A stretch of 64,000 nucleotides of DNA, from positions 139,456 through 203,455 of the forward strand of contig JASEIU010000004.1 in NCBI GenBank assembly GCA_030017715.1, in the 5' to 3' direction. A program made the position numbers and the translations under genes. Within the stretch, counting starts at the first letter, position 1. Each line of letters starts with the position of its first letter. This DNA comes from Candidatus Saccharicenans sp. (GTDB taxonomy: Bacteria > Acidobacteriota > Aminicenantia > Aminicenantales > Saccharicenantaceae). Positions 10,901 through 18,355 of the stretch are shown here, piece by piece. The notes under the pieces were generated by a model. It was not told the DNA's origin, did not search any database, and was given only the letters and a program-made list of their open reading frames with translations.

Positions 10901-11326
10901 CCCGGGGTGGTCTGGGCTTCCTGCTATCGGCTGGGGCTGGCCAGCGCTTTCGGGGAAGTCCTGATTCCCGGCAAGCGCTTCTACGCCGGCGGCGGCACCA
11001 GCATCCGCGGTTTCAGACTCGACGCCGTCGGCCCGGTCGATATCTGGACCGGCTTGCCTGAGGGCGGTGAGGCCATGCTGGTCACCAATCAGGAGTTGAG
11101 ATTTCCAATCTATAAAATTTTCAGGGGCGTGATTTTCCTTGACGCCGGCAACGTCTATTCCCGGCTATCTGATTTCAACCCGGGACGCTTGAGGACCGGG
11201 GCCGGGTTCGGCTTGAGGATTGACAGTCCGCTCGGCCTGGTCAGAATCGACTACGGCTTCAATCTCAAGCCGCGCTTGGACGAACCAAAAAGCACTCTTT
11301 TTATCAGTATCGGCCAGGCGTTTTAG
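4991..11326 (+). CDS. giant outer-membrane biogenesis protein: TamB-like (AsmA/DUF490) N-terminal ~1370 aa fused to a POTRA + Omp85 (TamA/BamA-like) C-terminal barrel
   Basis: This is a single 2111-aa ORF. It has an N-terminal signal-anchor helix (ILLGLVLILIFSGLFL). Long beta-rich repeats end in the TamB C-terminal DUF490-type signature (..SGTPSDLKFSLTSVPSRSQEDLASLLLTGKSL.. at about nt 8670-8760). POTRA-like repeats follow (..FYRKQGYLNARIEDEV.., ..YFYQENGYLSPKIE..). The C-terminus carries an Omp85 barrel (RFYAGGGTSIRGF, GVIFLDAGNV, GAGFGLRIDSPLGLVRIDYGFNL) with a terminal aromatic (..SIGQAF). Confidence 0.8.
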   Translation: MMKKDDNTPKRKKRKFIRTAVRILLGLVLILIFSGLFLQTPWGGKLVLRKAGNILREKMGLSLQADSLKLNIFRLKAALSGLKISPAGKSILPVEFISADRIIFQTGWSTITGGQLRIKDLEIINPIVKLKSGQPGPEDRQPTPAPPTPETGAAGISFRIDHFRLERGAFSFEKPATPLSMKLIGLEASVQFDEDSHFHLASLEGKSGSLLFGRGQAEITGLEVKAAFNPDTIRLDRISLAADNAALNIHGTVENYLENPELNLKTDGRLALSELAAMIWPGQKLGGQLSWELGLTGTAARPEITGGLKIPDLEIYDLKPVDLSLDISPSREAAHLVKADVSYKWGRMHLAGTLPPGLKGNLEASLSLQRLDLRALQALLPDFPVELASEISGRLEFEARELSADAISGLAELKLEPTVRSGEAESRPAVPVSGDLSLSYSDETLKVNKLNLALLNSRLEVRGKLESLEIISGQLTWRLDDLKAIIQAIKSSGLPKMAVGLEQQLSTLDGLSGSVLLEARFSGQLNRPQFSLALDGQNLGYGQVGLPYLEIKADGNPEKINLRQLLVTLDHGRITAAGVFQELKASQGTVFRLDGRLDISDLDLSQFSGLLAEENRQYLNGLLSGKVNLAGTTARPGADFQLQVAGTEAGTLKLESLEISGEYSPDELSFNKIDLRLGQESQLQGRISFRPRSGDVRVELEGRKLKATLFQSWLPALTSGLLDLKLSAVGPWKNAVADLTITGQGFMIDRIWFPYFELKADSDGHLARARLNVPRFNLSLETGMELKEPHLLSGLIQVRDLPLSALAGLLPEVEETSPLVALSAVTRFSLPLSSPEKLEAEFKFENFDFAGLAVLMPSLESLKPGGRADGRLELKGFSSDLKGTELDLEIPSLNLRLGGNEIRNEGPLAIQLREGKLRVGSFILNSGRSRFSLGGGAELKDPKNPALDFTLKGDLDLSDFGSWLSGMQVGGKLQLQTVVRGDLEEPLIEGSGTMEEVFLRMQDLPLILSSASARFRVDNSQLVLDSLTGLANSGSFSGSGRAVFGQNFSLTSARIDFNLRDFDFNYPPGLSSLSEASLVLSKDRRGWALAGDLSILNASYRQDFYPSTQGLKMALSKVSPVGTEYPAFLYDLPLDINIRTIENIIIKNNLADLELKANLNLKGTIPAPILSGRAENAYSGELIIGERKYAVERLRVDFLGRENLEPNLDIFLKSTVYDLEEEVEVSLVMSGTPSDLKFSLTSVPSRSQEDLASLLLTGKSLRQVQGSALNTISGQLVQHFSSPLTSPVTRTLKKWLKAEDVILEPLNIATLQDPGARLTVRKRMTRDFAVTYSIDLTNSQYQTWILDYRLKRNFSTRAFRRDDGVVGLNLRHRLNFGQTAKSGGQAKIITKQLSRIEISGETIFSEEQLTGVVKLKPGRRYRTSAIRQARNRLEAFYRKQGYLNARIEDEVIEQDENNLDLKFYIQAGQPAGFKFTGDKLPARVRKKAINSWVGRLPEEANLYQLKAVLLNELNRRGYYKAEVNLVRKPEKGQVLYEVSTRLNGRWKVGSFKLSGDPVFREPVIRKIVSDYFGARARGLWNLVYDRKIALELIEYFYQENGYLSPKIEAPVIEENDRKRLLDLTLKIEAGPRSQVDSLEITGNSSFQTAELTRILNLQPGSVFSWPALNEDRTVLQNRYRSAGYKDVRVEIEARPAGEKADYEVKINIEEGPVYTISGIDVEGARRTRKSFVLKESGLKPGEPVSLEKLAQAQKNLYDATSFQAVNVSSEAESSPGHQEKVRVRVLEMPWLSLTYGLQYNTDTRFEGFTQFDFNNLFGRGWHSLLYFRANQRQQDARASLKIPYLFGRKLDSLLSLFYLKDIRDLYITEEIGASFQQKIMIVRGFDLSWVYRLSRIHDYEQEPSWPFPYDIRVTSSELSLLLSRDTRDDRFDPRHGSLLTGSLSYAPRYLGSDLNYVRSFTQFTMYRSVLPGVVWASCYRLGLASAFGEVLIPGKRFYAGGGTSIRGFRLDAVGPVDIWTGLPEGGEAMLVTNQELRFPIYKIFRGVIFLDAGNVYSRLSDFNPGRLRTGAGFGLRIDSPLGLVRIDYGFNLKPRLDEPKSTLFISIGQAF

Positions 11327-11333
11327 ACGCCGG

Positions 11334-11975
11334 TTATATTCTGCTCAGCAGCGATCTGACCTGGGCCGCCTCTGGAGCTTCCGGAGCCAGGTAAAGGAAT
11401 TTCTGGAAGTGGGTGATGGTCAGGTCCTTGCGGCCTTTCTGATAATAAGCCAGCCCGATATTATAATGGGCGTAGGCATGATTGCCCTTTAACTGCAGGC
11501 ATTTCTGAAGGTCGGCGATCGACAGGTCAATTTTCTTCTGATAGCCGCGGAGCAAGCCCCGGTAGTAGTAAGCTTCGGCGCAATTGGGGTCTTTCTGGAC
11601 GGCGGTGTTGAGCTGGGTTTCAGCGCTGGTGTATTGGGCTTTGGCAATGTCATACTGAGCTTTGCCTATGTAGCCGTAGGGAGAATTGGGGGCGGACTGA
11701 AGGATCTTGTTGAAATAGGTCAGAGCGGCCTCGGGGTTTTTCTGCTTGATCAGAGCTGAACCAAGATAATAATATAGGTCGTTGTTGACAAAGTTTTCGG
11801 CCACCAGCTGGTCGAAAATGGCTTTGGCCTCGGCTGTCTTGCCGGCCTCAAAATAAGCGATGCCCGTCTGCAGCCTTTCCTGCTGGGTCTGGGCGGCCAG
11901 GGGCAGATTCAGGCTGAAGGCGAAGGCCAGCAGCAGAGTGAGGGTAATCCAGAGCCGGTTGGTTCTGATTTTCAT
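11334..11975 (-). CDS. tetratricopeptide-repeat protein with signal peptide
   Basis: The signal peptide is MKIRTNRLWITLTLLLAFAFSLNLPLAAQ. TPR-like repeats follow (AEAYYYRGLL.., AYAHYNIGLAYYQKG..). Confidence 0.65.
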   Translation of the reverse strand: MKIRTNRLWITLTLLLAFAFSLNLPLAAQTQQERLQTGIAYFEAGKTAEAKAIFDQLVAENFVNNDLYYYLGSALIKQKNPEAALTYFNKILQSAPNSPYGYIGKAQYDIAKAQYTSAETQLNTAVQKDPNCAEAYYYRGLLRGYQKKIDLSIADLQKCLQLKGNHAYAHYNIGLAYYQKGRKDLTITHFQKFLYLAPEAPEAAQVRSLLSRI

Positions 11976-12048
11976 CTTGTCCTCCTTGAAAAACCTTTAT
12001 ACCACAGAAGCGACGAATTAGACAAATCTTTTCGTTCGCGCATGGTTT

Positions 12049-12078
12049 TTGACAAAAAGCAGACAAAGTGCTTAAAAT
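12049..12078 (+). promoter_or_regulatory. sigma70-like promoter candidate (TTGACA-18 nt-TAAAAT) for the small basic/Cys-rich protein gene
   Basis: TTGACA is at 12049-12054 and TAAAAT at 12073-12078. It lies about 60 nt upstream of the ATG at 12139, which has a strong RBS (aaaaggaggg). Confidence 0.35.
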
Positions 12079-12138
12079 TAATCCAGCCCGAGAAAGGGCG
12101 GAGGGAAAAATTTTAAGGACAATTAAAAGGAGGGCAGA

Positions 12139-12378
12139 ATGGTCAAAAAGAAAAAAGCAAAACCGGCAGCCAGGAAGCCGGTGAAGAAAGCAATGAAGAA
12201 AAAAGCGGTAAAAAGGACAGTCAAGAAAGTGGCCGCCCCGACCCCCAAACCGGTGACGGCTCTGGAATGCCGGATTTGCGGCTACCGATTGATCATTGAC
12301 CGCCAGTGCGGCTGTGCCGAAGGGCATGTGATGGTTTGTTGCGGCCAGCCCATGGAAAAAACAGAGACTACGGTCTGA
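12139..12378 (+). CDS. small protein with a Lys/Ala/Pro-rich (histone H1-like) N-terminus and a Cys-rich C-terminus (putative metal-binding)
   Basis: A strong RBS precedes it. The N-terminus is MVKKKKAKPAARKPVKKAMKKKAVKRTVKKVAAPTPKP and the C-terminus is CRICGYRLIIDRQCGCAEGHVMVCCGQPM. It sits immediately upstream of a CDF metal transporter gene. Confidence 0.5.
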   Translation: MVKKKKAKPAARKPVKKAMKKKAVKRTVKKVAAPTPKPVTALECRICGYRLIIDRQCGCAEGHVMVCCGQPMEKTETTV

Positions 12379-12466
12379 TTCCCGGCCCGGTTTCGGCTGA
12401 GTTAAAGCCTGAGGTTCAGGCTCATCGAGAGGAGGAGGATTTTTTTATGAAGAGGCTGGTCGCCAG

Positions 12467-13357
12467 ATGGCAGTAACTTTCGCTCAGAAAAAGAAGCTGG
12501 CCTATTATGAGGGCTACCTCTCAATTTTTATCAATCTTGGTCTCTTCCTGCTCAAGTTCCTGGTCGGGCGAAAAGTTCAGTCGGTGGCCATGGTGGCCGA
12601 CGCCTGGCACACTCTGTCCGATTGCCTGACTTCTATAATCGTCGTGGTCGGTTTCTGGATGGCTTCCAGGCCGGCCGACAGCCGTCATGCCTTCGGCCAT
12701 GGCCGTTCCGAGTCGATAGCTTCCGTCGTCATCGGCACCCTGCTGGCCGTGGTTGGCTTCAGTTTTCTCTATGAATCGGGAGTCAGACTTATTCACCGCC
12801 AGGGGATGGGTTTCAGCCGGCTGGCAGTAATCGTATTCGCTGTTTCAGCCGTCCTGAAAGAGGGGCTGGCTCAATTTGCTTTCTGGACCTCCAGAAAAAC
12901 CGGCGCCGGTTCGCTGCGGGCCGATGCCTGGCACCACCGTAGCGATGCCGTAGCTTCGGTGCTGATCGTGGCCGGAGTACTTTTCAGCCGGCAGTTCTGG
13001 TGGCTGGACGGCGTGCTGGGAGCCGGGGTCTCGCTATTAATTCTTCACGCCAGTTATGACATCGTCAGAAGCTCGGCCAGCTACCTGATGGGAGAGGTGC
13101 CGTCCGAGGAAAAGGTGAGTCGGGTTCACTCCCTGGTGAAAAAAGAGTTTCCGCAGCTGGACGGCATTCATCATGTCCATGTGCATCAGTACGGCGACCA
13201 TCATGAGGTAACAGCCCACCTGACCGTTCCGGGAACCATGTCGGTGGACGAAGCCCATACCATTGCCAGCCGGATTGAAGAGATCGTGGAGCAGGAATTT
13301 AACGGGGATGCTACCGTCCATGTGGAACCAGAAAAATCGGACAAAGACGAAAACTGA
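12467..13357 (+). CDS. cation diffusion facilitator (CDF) family divalent-metal efflux transporter
   Basis: Six predicted TM helices carry the paired HxxxD motifs (AWHTLSDCLTS, DAWHHRSDAVAS). A His-rich cytoplasmic C-terminal domain is present (HHVHVHQYGDHHE). Confidence 0.85.
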   Translation: MAVTFAQKKKLAYYEGYLSIFINLGLFLLKFLVGRKVQSVAMVADAWHTLSDCLTSIIVVVGFWMASRPADSRHAFGHGRSESIASVVIGTLLAVVGFSFLYESGVRLIHRQGMGFSRLAVIVFAVSAVLKEGLAQFAFWTSRKTGAGSLRADAWHHRSDAVASVLIVAGVLFSRQFWWLDGVLGAGVSLLILHASYDIVRSSASYLMGEVPSEEKVSRVHSLVKKEFPQLDGIHHVHVHQYGDHHEVTAHLTVPGTMSVDEAHTIASRIEEIVEQEFNGDATVHVEPEKSDKDEN

Positions 13358-14156
13358 GACTGCCGGCCGAGCTGTCAATTATTTCAAATTTCTGGGGACG
13401 GCCGGAGCCAGGTTTGTCATGGCCCGCCAGCTGCGGGCTTCAGGCGGGATTTACCTGGAGTTGCTCGGGCAGAAAATCGCCTTCGACCCGGGACCGGGAG
13501 CGCTGGTCAGGATGACCCACAGCCGCCCGCCGATCGACCCGACCGGTCTTCAGGCCGTCATCCTGAGCCATAGGCATATCGACCATTCCAACGACGTCAA
13601 CATTCTGCTGGATGCCATGACTGCCGGCGGACTGAAAAAGCGGGGCGTACTGATGGCCCCGGAGGAATGTCTGGAAGGGCCCGGGGCTGTCGTTCTGAGA
13701 TACTTAAAGGATTATCTCGAAAGAATAGAAGTCCTGGGGCCGGAAAAAACTTACCGCCTCGGACCGCTTACCCTCAGGACCAGCTGCCGCCATGAACATG
13801 AAGCCGAAACCTACGGCCTGAAGTTCTATCTCCCAGGGCTGGTGCTGGGTTTTATGGTTGATACCAGATACTTCCCCGGATTGCTTCCGAGCTACCGGGA
13901 GGCAGATGTTCTGGTGATGAGCGTCCTGAGGGCCAGGGCAGCCGAGGATGATAATATCAAGCACCTGACAGTAGACGAGGCCACTCAGATCATAAAGGAA
14001 TTAAAACCCCGAAGGGTTTATCTCACCCATTATGGAATGACCATGCTGCAGGCCGACCCCCGGAAGGTGGCCGAGAAAATTACCGCCGAGACCGGGGTGG
14101 AAGTCCTGGCCGCCCATGACGGTCTGACCGTGACTCTGGATGAAAAGCTGTTCTGA
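13263..14156 (+). CDS. MBL-fold metallo-hydrolase
   Basis: The HxHxDH motif is present (ILSHRHIDHSNDVN), with a conserved downstream His/Asp. The true start is uncertain; the ORF's first ATGs overlap the CDF gene, and the first conserved region is ..KFLGTAGARF. Confidence 0.7.
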   Translation: MPAGLKRSWSRNLTGMLPSMWNQKNRTKTKTETAGRAVNYFKFLGTAGARFVMARQLRASGGIYLELLGQKIAFDPGPGALVRMTHSRPPIDPTGLQAVILSHRHIDHSNDVNILLDAMTAGGLKKRGVLMAPEECLEGPGAVVLRYLKDYLERIEVLGPEKTYRLGPLTLRTSCRHEHEAETYGLKFYLPGLVLGFMVDTRYFPGLLPSYREADVLVMSVLRARAAEDDNIKHLTVDEATQIIKELKPRRVYLTHYGMTMLQADPRKVAEKITAETGVEVLAAHDGLTVTLDEKLF

Positions 14157-14225
14157 CCGGGAGCCGGCTTCAAGTCGGAATTCCGGACTCCGGCAAGTTA
14201 ACCGGGGAGGGGCGGTGACCTGAAA

Positions 14226-14250
14226 TATTCCTACTAAATTAGTAGGAATA
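14226..14250. promoter_or_regulatory. perfect 25-bp AT-rich palindrome (TATTCCTACTAAATTAGTAGGAATA), candidate operator upstream of the nfu-nifS-iscU operon
   Basis: Read directly from the sequence: 12-bp arms around a central A, 85 nt upstream of the ATG at 14336. It stands out as AT-rich in a GC-rich intergenic region. Confidence 0.45.
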
Positions 14251-14335
14251 ATATTGAAATTGCCGCCGGAAAAGAATAAAATGCCAGTGTGAGCAACTTC
14301 AGGCTTACGAAAGTTATGGTCTCAGGAGTTATTCA

Positions 14336-14554
14336 ATGAAAGAAAAAGTGGAAGAAGTTCTTAACCGCATAAGACCGGCTCTGCAGGCTGACGGCGGAGA
14401 CGTCGAGCTGGTGGACGTGGTCGACGGTGTGGTCTCGGTCAGGTTGAAAGGAGCCTGCGGCGGCTGTCCCATGTCCCAGATGACCCTTAAAATGGGCATC
14501 GAGCGCCTGCTGAAAAAAGAAATACCGGAAATCAAGAGCGTCATTTCGGTCTGA
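14336..14554 (+). CDS. NifU-like (Nfu-type) Fe-S cluster carrier domain protein
   Basis: The motif ..[18 protein letters not shown].. matches the C-terminal NifU domain CxxC motif. The protein is 72 aa. Confidence 0.8.
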   Translation: MKEKVEEVLNRIRPALQADGGDVELVDVVDGVVSVRLKGACGGCPMSQMTLKMGIERLLKKEIPEIKSVISV

Positions 14555-14586
14555 ATTTTTTCCTGGGTATCGGGAAGGAGGGTTCG

Positions 14587-15777
14587 GTGACAGGCTTCTA
14601 TGCCGACAGACAGGCGGCGGCTCCGGTCAGGCCGGAAGTGCTGGAGGCCATGCTGCCCTTTTTCTCGGAAAATTTTGGCAATCCCCAGAGTCTGCATTCA
14701 ACCGGGCAGAAGGCAGCCAAAGCTCTGCAGCAGGCCAGAGAGCAGGTGGCCAGGCTTATCAACTGCCAGCCGGAAGAAATCATCTTCGTTTCCTCCGGGT
14801 CAGAAGCTAACAACCTGGCCTTGAAAGGTCTGGCTCTGGCCAACCAGGCCCGGGGAAAAAAGGTCATTGTTTCCGCCATCGAACATATTTCGGTGTTGAG
14901 AGCGGCTAAATTTTTAGAAAAGCTGGGCTTCAGCACGGTGCAGGTCGCGGTTGACGGCCAGGGACTGGTTGACCCGGCGAAAGTGGCTGAAGCTATCAGC
15001 CCGGACACCGTTCTGGTATCGGTGATGATGGCCAACAACGAAGTGGGCACGATTGAACCGGTGGCTGAAATCGCCAGTCTCTGCCGATCGAAAGGAATCC
15101 TGTTCCACACCGATGCCGTGGCTGCGGCAGGAAATATTCCGGTGGATGTCAGGGCCAGCGGGTTCGATGCTTTGAGCCTGGCCGCCGACCAATTCGGCGG
15201 GCCGAAGGGAGCGGCGGCCCTTTATTTAAGGAAAGGAATAAAGCTGACCCCGCTGATCGACGGCGGAGTTCAGGAAAACAACCGCCGGGCCGGAACCGAA
15301 AACCTACCGGCCATTATCGGCCTGGGCAGGGCAGCCGAGCTGGCCCGGCTGGAGATGGAGGAAAAAGGCCGCCGGCTGACTGCCCTGAGAGACAGGCTTA
15401 TAAACGGAGTACTGAGCAGCCTGGATGAAATCCTCCTGACCGGTCATCCTGTCAGGAGGCTTCCCCATCAGGCCAGCTTCTGTGTCAGGTTCGTTGAGGG
15501 CGAGGCTCTGCTGCTGGGCCTGGACATGAATGGCATTCAGGTGGCCAGCGGTTCAGCCTGCACTTCCAGGTCTCTCCGGACCTCGCATGTTCTCACGGCT
15601 ATGGGACTCGACTCAGCTGTGGCCCAGGGCAGCCTGGTGCTCACCCTGCTGGACGGGACCCGAGAGGAACAGATAGAATATTTTCTGGAAAAATTTCCGC
15701 CGGTGGTCGGACGGCTGCGGGAAATGTCCCCGCTTTACACCAGGTATCTTCAGGAGAAGAAAGATGTACACCGATAA
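14587..15777 (+). CDS. cysteine desulfurase (NifS/IscS family)
   Basis: The active-site loop SGSACTS and the PLP-binding region are present. A GTG start is preceded by gggaaggagg. The 3' end overlaps the iscU-like gene. Confidence 0.9.
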   Translation: MTGFYADRQAAAPVRPEVLEAMLPFFSENFGNPQSLHSTGQKAAKALQQAREQVARLINCQPEEIIFVSSGSEANNLALKGLALANQARGKKVIVSAIEHISVLRAAKFLEKLGFSTVQVAVDGQGLVDPAKVAEAISPDTVLVSVMMANNEVGTIEPVAEIASLCRSKGILFHTDAVAAAGNIPVDVRASGFDALSLAADQFGGPKGAAALYLRKGIKLTPLIDGGVQENNRRAGTENLPAIIGLGRAAELARLEMEEKGRRLTALRDRLINGVLSSLDEILLTGHPVRRLPHQASFCVRFVEGEALLLGLDMNGIQVASGSACTSRSLRTSHVLTAMGLDSAVAQGSLVLTLLDGTREEQIEYFLEKFPPVVGRLREMSPLYTRYLQEKKDVHR

Positions 15778-16336
15778 AGTAATGGAACATTTTCTTCACC
15801 CGCGAAACGTCGGGACCATTGCTGACCCCGACGGCGTTGGGGAAGTGGGCAACCCGGTTTGCGGCGATATGATGACTTTTTACATAAAGGTGAAAGACGG
15901 CCGGCTGGAAGACGTTAAGTTTCAGACTTTCGGCTGCGGCGCGGCCATTGCTGTCAGCAGCCTGGTCAGCGAAATGGCCAGGGGCAGGACGCTGGAAGAG
16001 GCTATGAAGATAACCAATCAGCAGGTGGCCGAGGAACTGGGCGGTCTGCCGCCTCACAAAATGCACTGTTCCAATCTGGGAGCGGATGCCCTGCATAAGG
16101 CGATAGAAAATTATCTCCAGAAGCAGACCGGCCGGCAGGCTGAAGCCAATGAAGGAGGGAAACAGGCTGCCGCCCGGGAAGAACATCTGCACTGTCCGTT
16201 CTGCGACCTGGACCTGCCGGAGAATGTCCAGCTCTGTGCCCGCTGTCAGGTCAAACTGATCAGATGCGAGCATTGCGGCCAGTATAACCGTCAGGACGAA
16301 GACACCTGCCGCCACTGCGGGGCCGGGCTGGTTTGA
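15764..16336 (+). CDS. Fe-S cluster assembly scaffold (IscU/NifU N-terminal domain) with Cys-rich C-terminal extension
   Basis: The N-terminal scaffold motifs are GNPVCGDMM, FQTFGCGAAIA and HCSNLGADAL. The C-terminal extension carries CPFCD..CARCQ..CEHCG..CRHCG. Confidence 0.85.
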   Translation: MYTDKVMEHFLHPRNVGTIADPDGVGEVGNPVCGDMMTFYIKVKDGRLEDVKFQTFGCGAAIAVSSLVSEMARGRTLEEAMKITNQQVAEELGGLPPHKMHCSNLGADALHKAIENYLQKQTGRQAEANEGGKQAAAREEHLHCPFCDLDLPENVQLCARCQVKLIRCEHCGQYNRQDEDTCRHCGAGLV

Positions 16337-16412
16337 GAACGGTCGGTTACAGATCTTTCAGCGGAAAACCGGGCGGATTGCGGCCAGAATCAGGACTCAA
16401 GAAGGTTCAGAA

Positions 16413-17321
16413 ATGAAAAAAGAATGGCTGGTAGAAGAAATCGGCAGGCTGAAAAAAGAAAAACGGGCCGTCATTCTGGCTCATAATTATCAACCGGAGG
16501 AAGTCCAGGACCTGGCCGATTTTGTCGGCGATTCTCTGGAACTCAGTCGGAAAGCGGCCGAAGTTGAAGCCGAAATCATAGTTTTCTGCGGGGTTCATTT
16601 TATGGCCGAAACGGCCAAGATTCTGGCCCCGGGCAAAAAAGTCTTGTTGCCCGACCTCCGGGCCCGCTGTCCGATGGCCGACATGGTCAGCGGAGATGAC
16701 CTGCGCTGGATGAAAGAACAGCATCCGGGGAAAAAGGTCGTGGCTTACGTCAACACCACCGCCGAAGTCAAAGCCGAGACCGATGTTTGCTGCACTTCGT
16801 CCAATGCGGTTAAGGTGGTCAGCAGCCTGCCGGAGGCGGAAATAATATTTGTGCCCGACCGCAACCTGGCCGATTATGTCAGCCAGAAGACCGGAAAGAA
16901 ACTTTACATCTGGGATGGTTTTTGTCCGATTCATGAAGACTTCAGGGCCAGGCACATTGAGAAGATGAAAAAGAGTCATCCTGGGGCTGAAGTCTGGGCT
17001 CATCCCGAGTGCCCGGCGGAGGTGCGGCTGCTGGCCGACCGGATTCTGTCCACCGGTCAGATGATCAGGGAAGCTCCAAAATCTGAAGCCAGAGAAATCA
17101 TAGTGGCCACGGAGGTGGGCATTCTGCACCGGTTGAGGAAGGAAAATCCAGGAAAGAAATTTTATCCGGCCAGCGAAAAAGCTGTCTGCCCGAACATGAA
17201 GCGTATAAATCTTAAGAAAATTTATAAAACCCTGCTGCTGGAAAAACCGGAAGTAACAGTCGAGGCTTCCGTCGCCGACCGGGCCAGGGAGGCCATCAAC
17301 CAGATGGTGCGTTTTATTTAA
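16413..17321 (+). CDS. nadA: quinolinate synthase
   Basis: The N-terminus (ILAHNYQ..VQDLADFVGDSLELSRKA) and length are typical of NadA. Confidence 0.9.
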   Translation: MKKEWLVEEIGRLKKEKRAVILAHNYQPEEVQDLADFVGDSLELSRKAAEVEAEIIVFCGVHFMAETAKILAPGKKVLLPDLRARCPMADMVSGDDLRWMKEQHPGKKVVAYVNTTAEVKAETDVCCTSSNAVKVVSSLPEAEIIFVPDRNLADYVSQKTGKKLYIWDGFCPIHEDFRARHIEKMKKSHPGAEVWAHPECPAEVRLLADRILSTGQMIREAPKSEAREIIVATEVGILHRLRKENPGKKFYPASEKAVCPNMKRINLKKIYKTLLLEKPEVTVEASVADRAREAINQMVRFI

Positions 17322-17392
17322 GAAGATGGAATAAACGGGAACCCGCCGTTAGCATAATTAATTTTCAGGAATTAAAGCTCAAAGGAGGCCTG

Positions 17393-17896
17393 ATGAAAAA
17401 AATAACCCAATCCACGGTTAAAGAAGCTCTGGCGGGAGAAAGCCAGGCCCATCTCCGTTACAAGTTCTATGCTCTGAAAGCCAGACAGGAAAACCTGCCG
17501 AATGTTGCCCGGCTTTTCGAGGCCGCTTCTTTTTCGGAACAGATTCATGCCCTGAACCATCTTAACGTTCTGGAAGGTGAGGGCGGAACGGCCGACAATC
17601 TCGGTAAAGCTCACGACGGAGAAAATTTCGAGATAGAGGAAATGTATCCCGCTTATATTGCCGTGGCCAGAGAACAGGGCGAAAAGAGGGCGGCCACCTA
17701 TCACCAGTTTGCCCTGGCGGCCGAAAAAGTCCACGCCGCCCTGTATGCCCGGGCCAAACAGGCGGTCGGCCGGGGTCAGGACCTGGAACTGACGGCTCTG
17801 CACATTTGCTCCGTCTGCGGTTTTACCTTGGAAGGCGAAGCCCCTGACCGCTGCCCGGTGTGCGGCGCCTCCAGCGACCGGTTTGTTAAATTCTAA
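17393..17896 (+). CDS. rubrerythrin
   Basis: Diiron ferritin-like motifs (ESQAHLRYKFYA, EQIHALNHL) are followed by a C-terminal rubredoxin-like CSVCG..CPVCG. A good RBS (aaaggagg) precedes it. Confidence 0.9.
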   Translation: MKKITQSTVKEALAGESQAHLRYKFYALKARQENLPNVARLFEAASFSEQIHALNHLNVLEGEGGTADNLGKAHDGENFEIEEMYPAYIAVAREQGEKRAATYHQFALAAEKVHAALYARAKQAVGRGQDLELTALHICSVCGFTLEGEAPDRCPVCGASSDRFVKF

Positions 17897-18355
17897 TGCC
17901 TGAAGCCACAGGCGGATTATTTCTGGCAGCCTGAAGGCTCCGGCTAAATCTTTTGTTCACAGACAACTGGGCGCAGAGGTACCGGACTGAATTTCTTTTT
18001 GACCCCAGCCATTAAATAATTGAAATTATTTTTTCCGTTATCGCCAGGGCGGGGCTTGTGCTTTGTTGAAACGTTCTTCTCAGTAACAACTCAGGTTTTC
18101 TATCGGTCAGTGTCTGGTTACTCTATTTTTTTGTCCGGCTTCTATCCGGCCCGCAGGACGGGATGGCCTTCAAGCCGGAAGGCTAAAAATCAAAAAAAGC
18201 ACCGTGCTCACTCCGGTTCGGATAGCTTAAGTTATAATTTATGAGGAAATCCTGAAATCAGCCCGGTCATTTTCTCACCGGCCGGAGCAGTCTATTGTTA
18301 TTGGTATCAAAATAAAAAGCTGGTAGAATATAAACGCAGAGAGGAAGGAGGAGTC

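Noticed and set aside
17897-18355. Search for tmRNA, RNase P or another structured RNA in the 460-bp spacer upstream of the site-2 protease gene
   Set aside because: There is no tRNA-like 5'/3' end pairing, no TTCGA(A/T)TCC T-loop-like box, and no tag-peptide reading frame. Only a GCCTTC/GAAGGC hairpin followed by A-rich rather than U-rich sequence was found.
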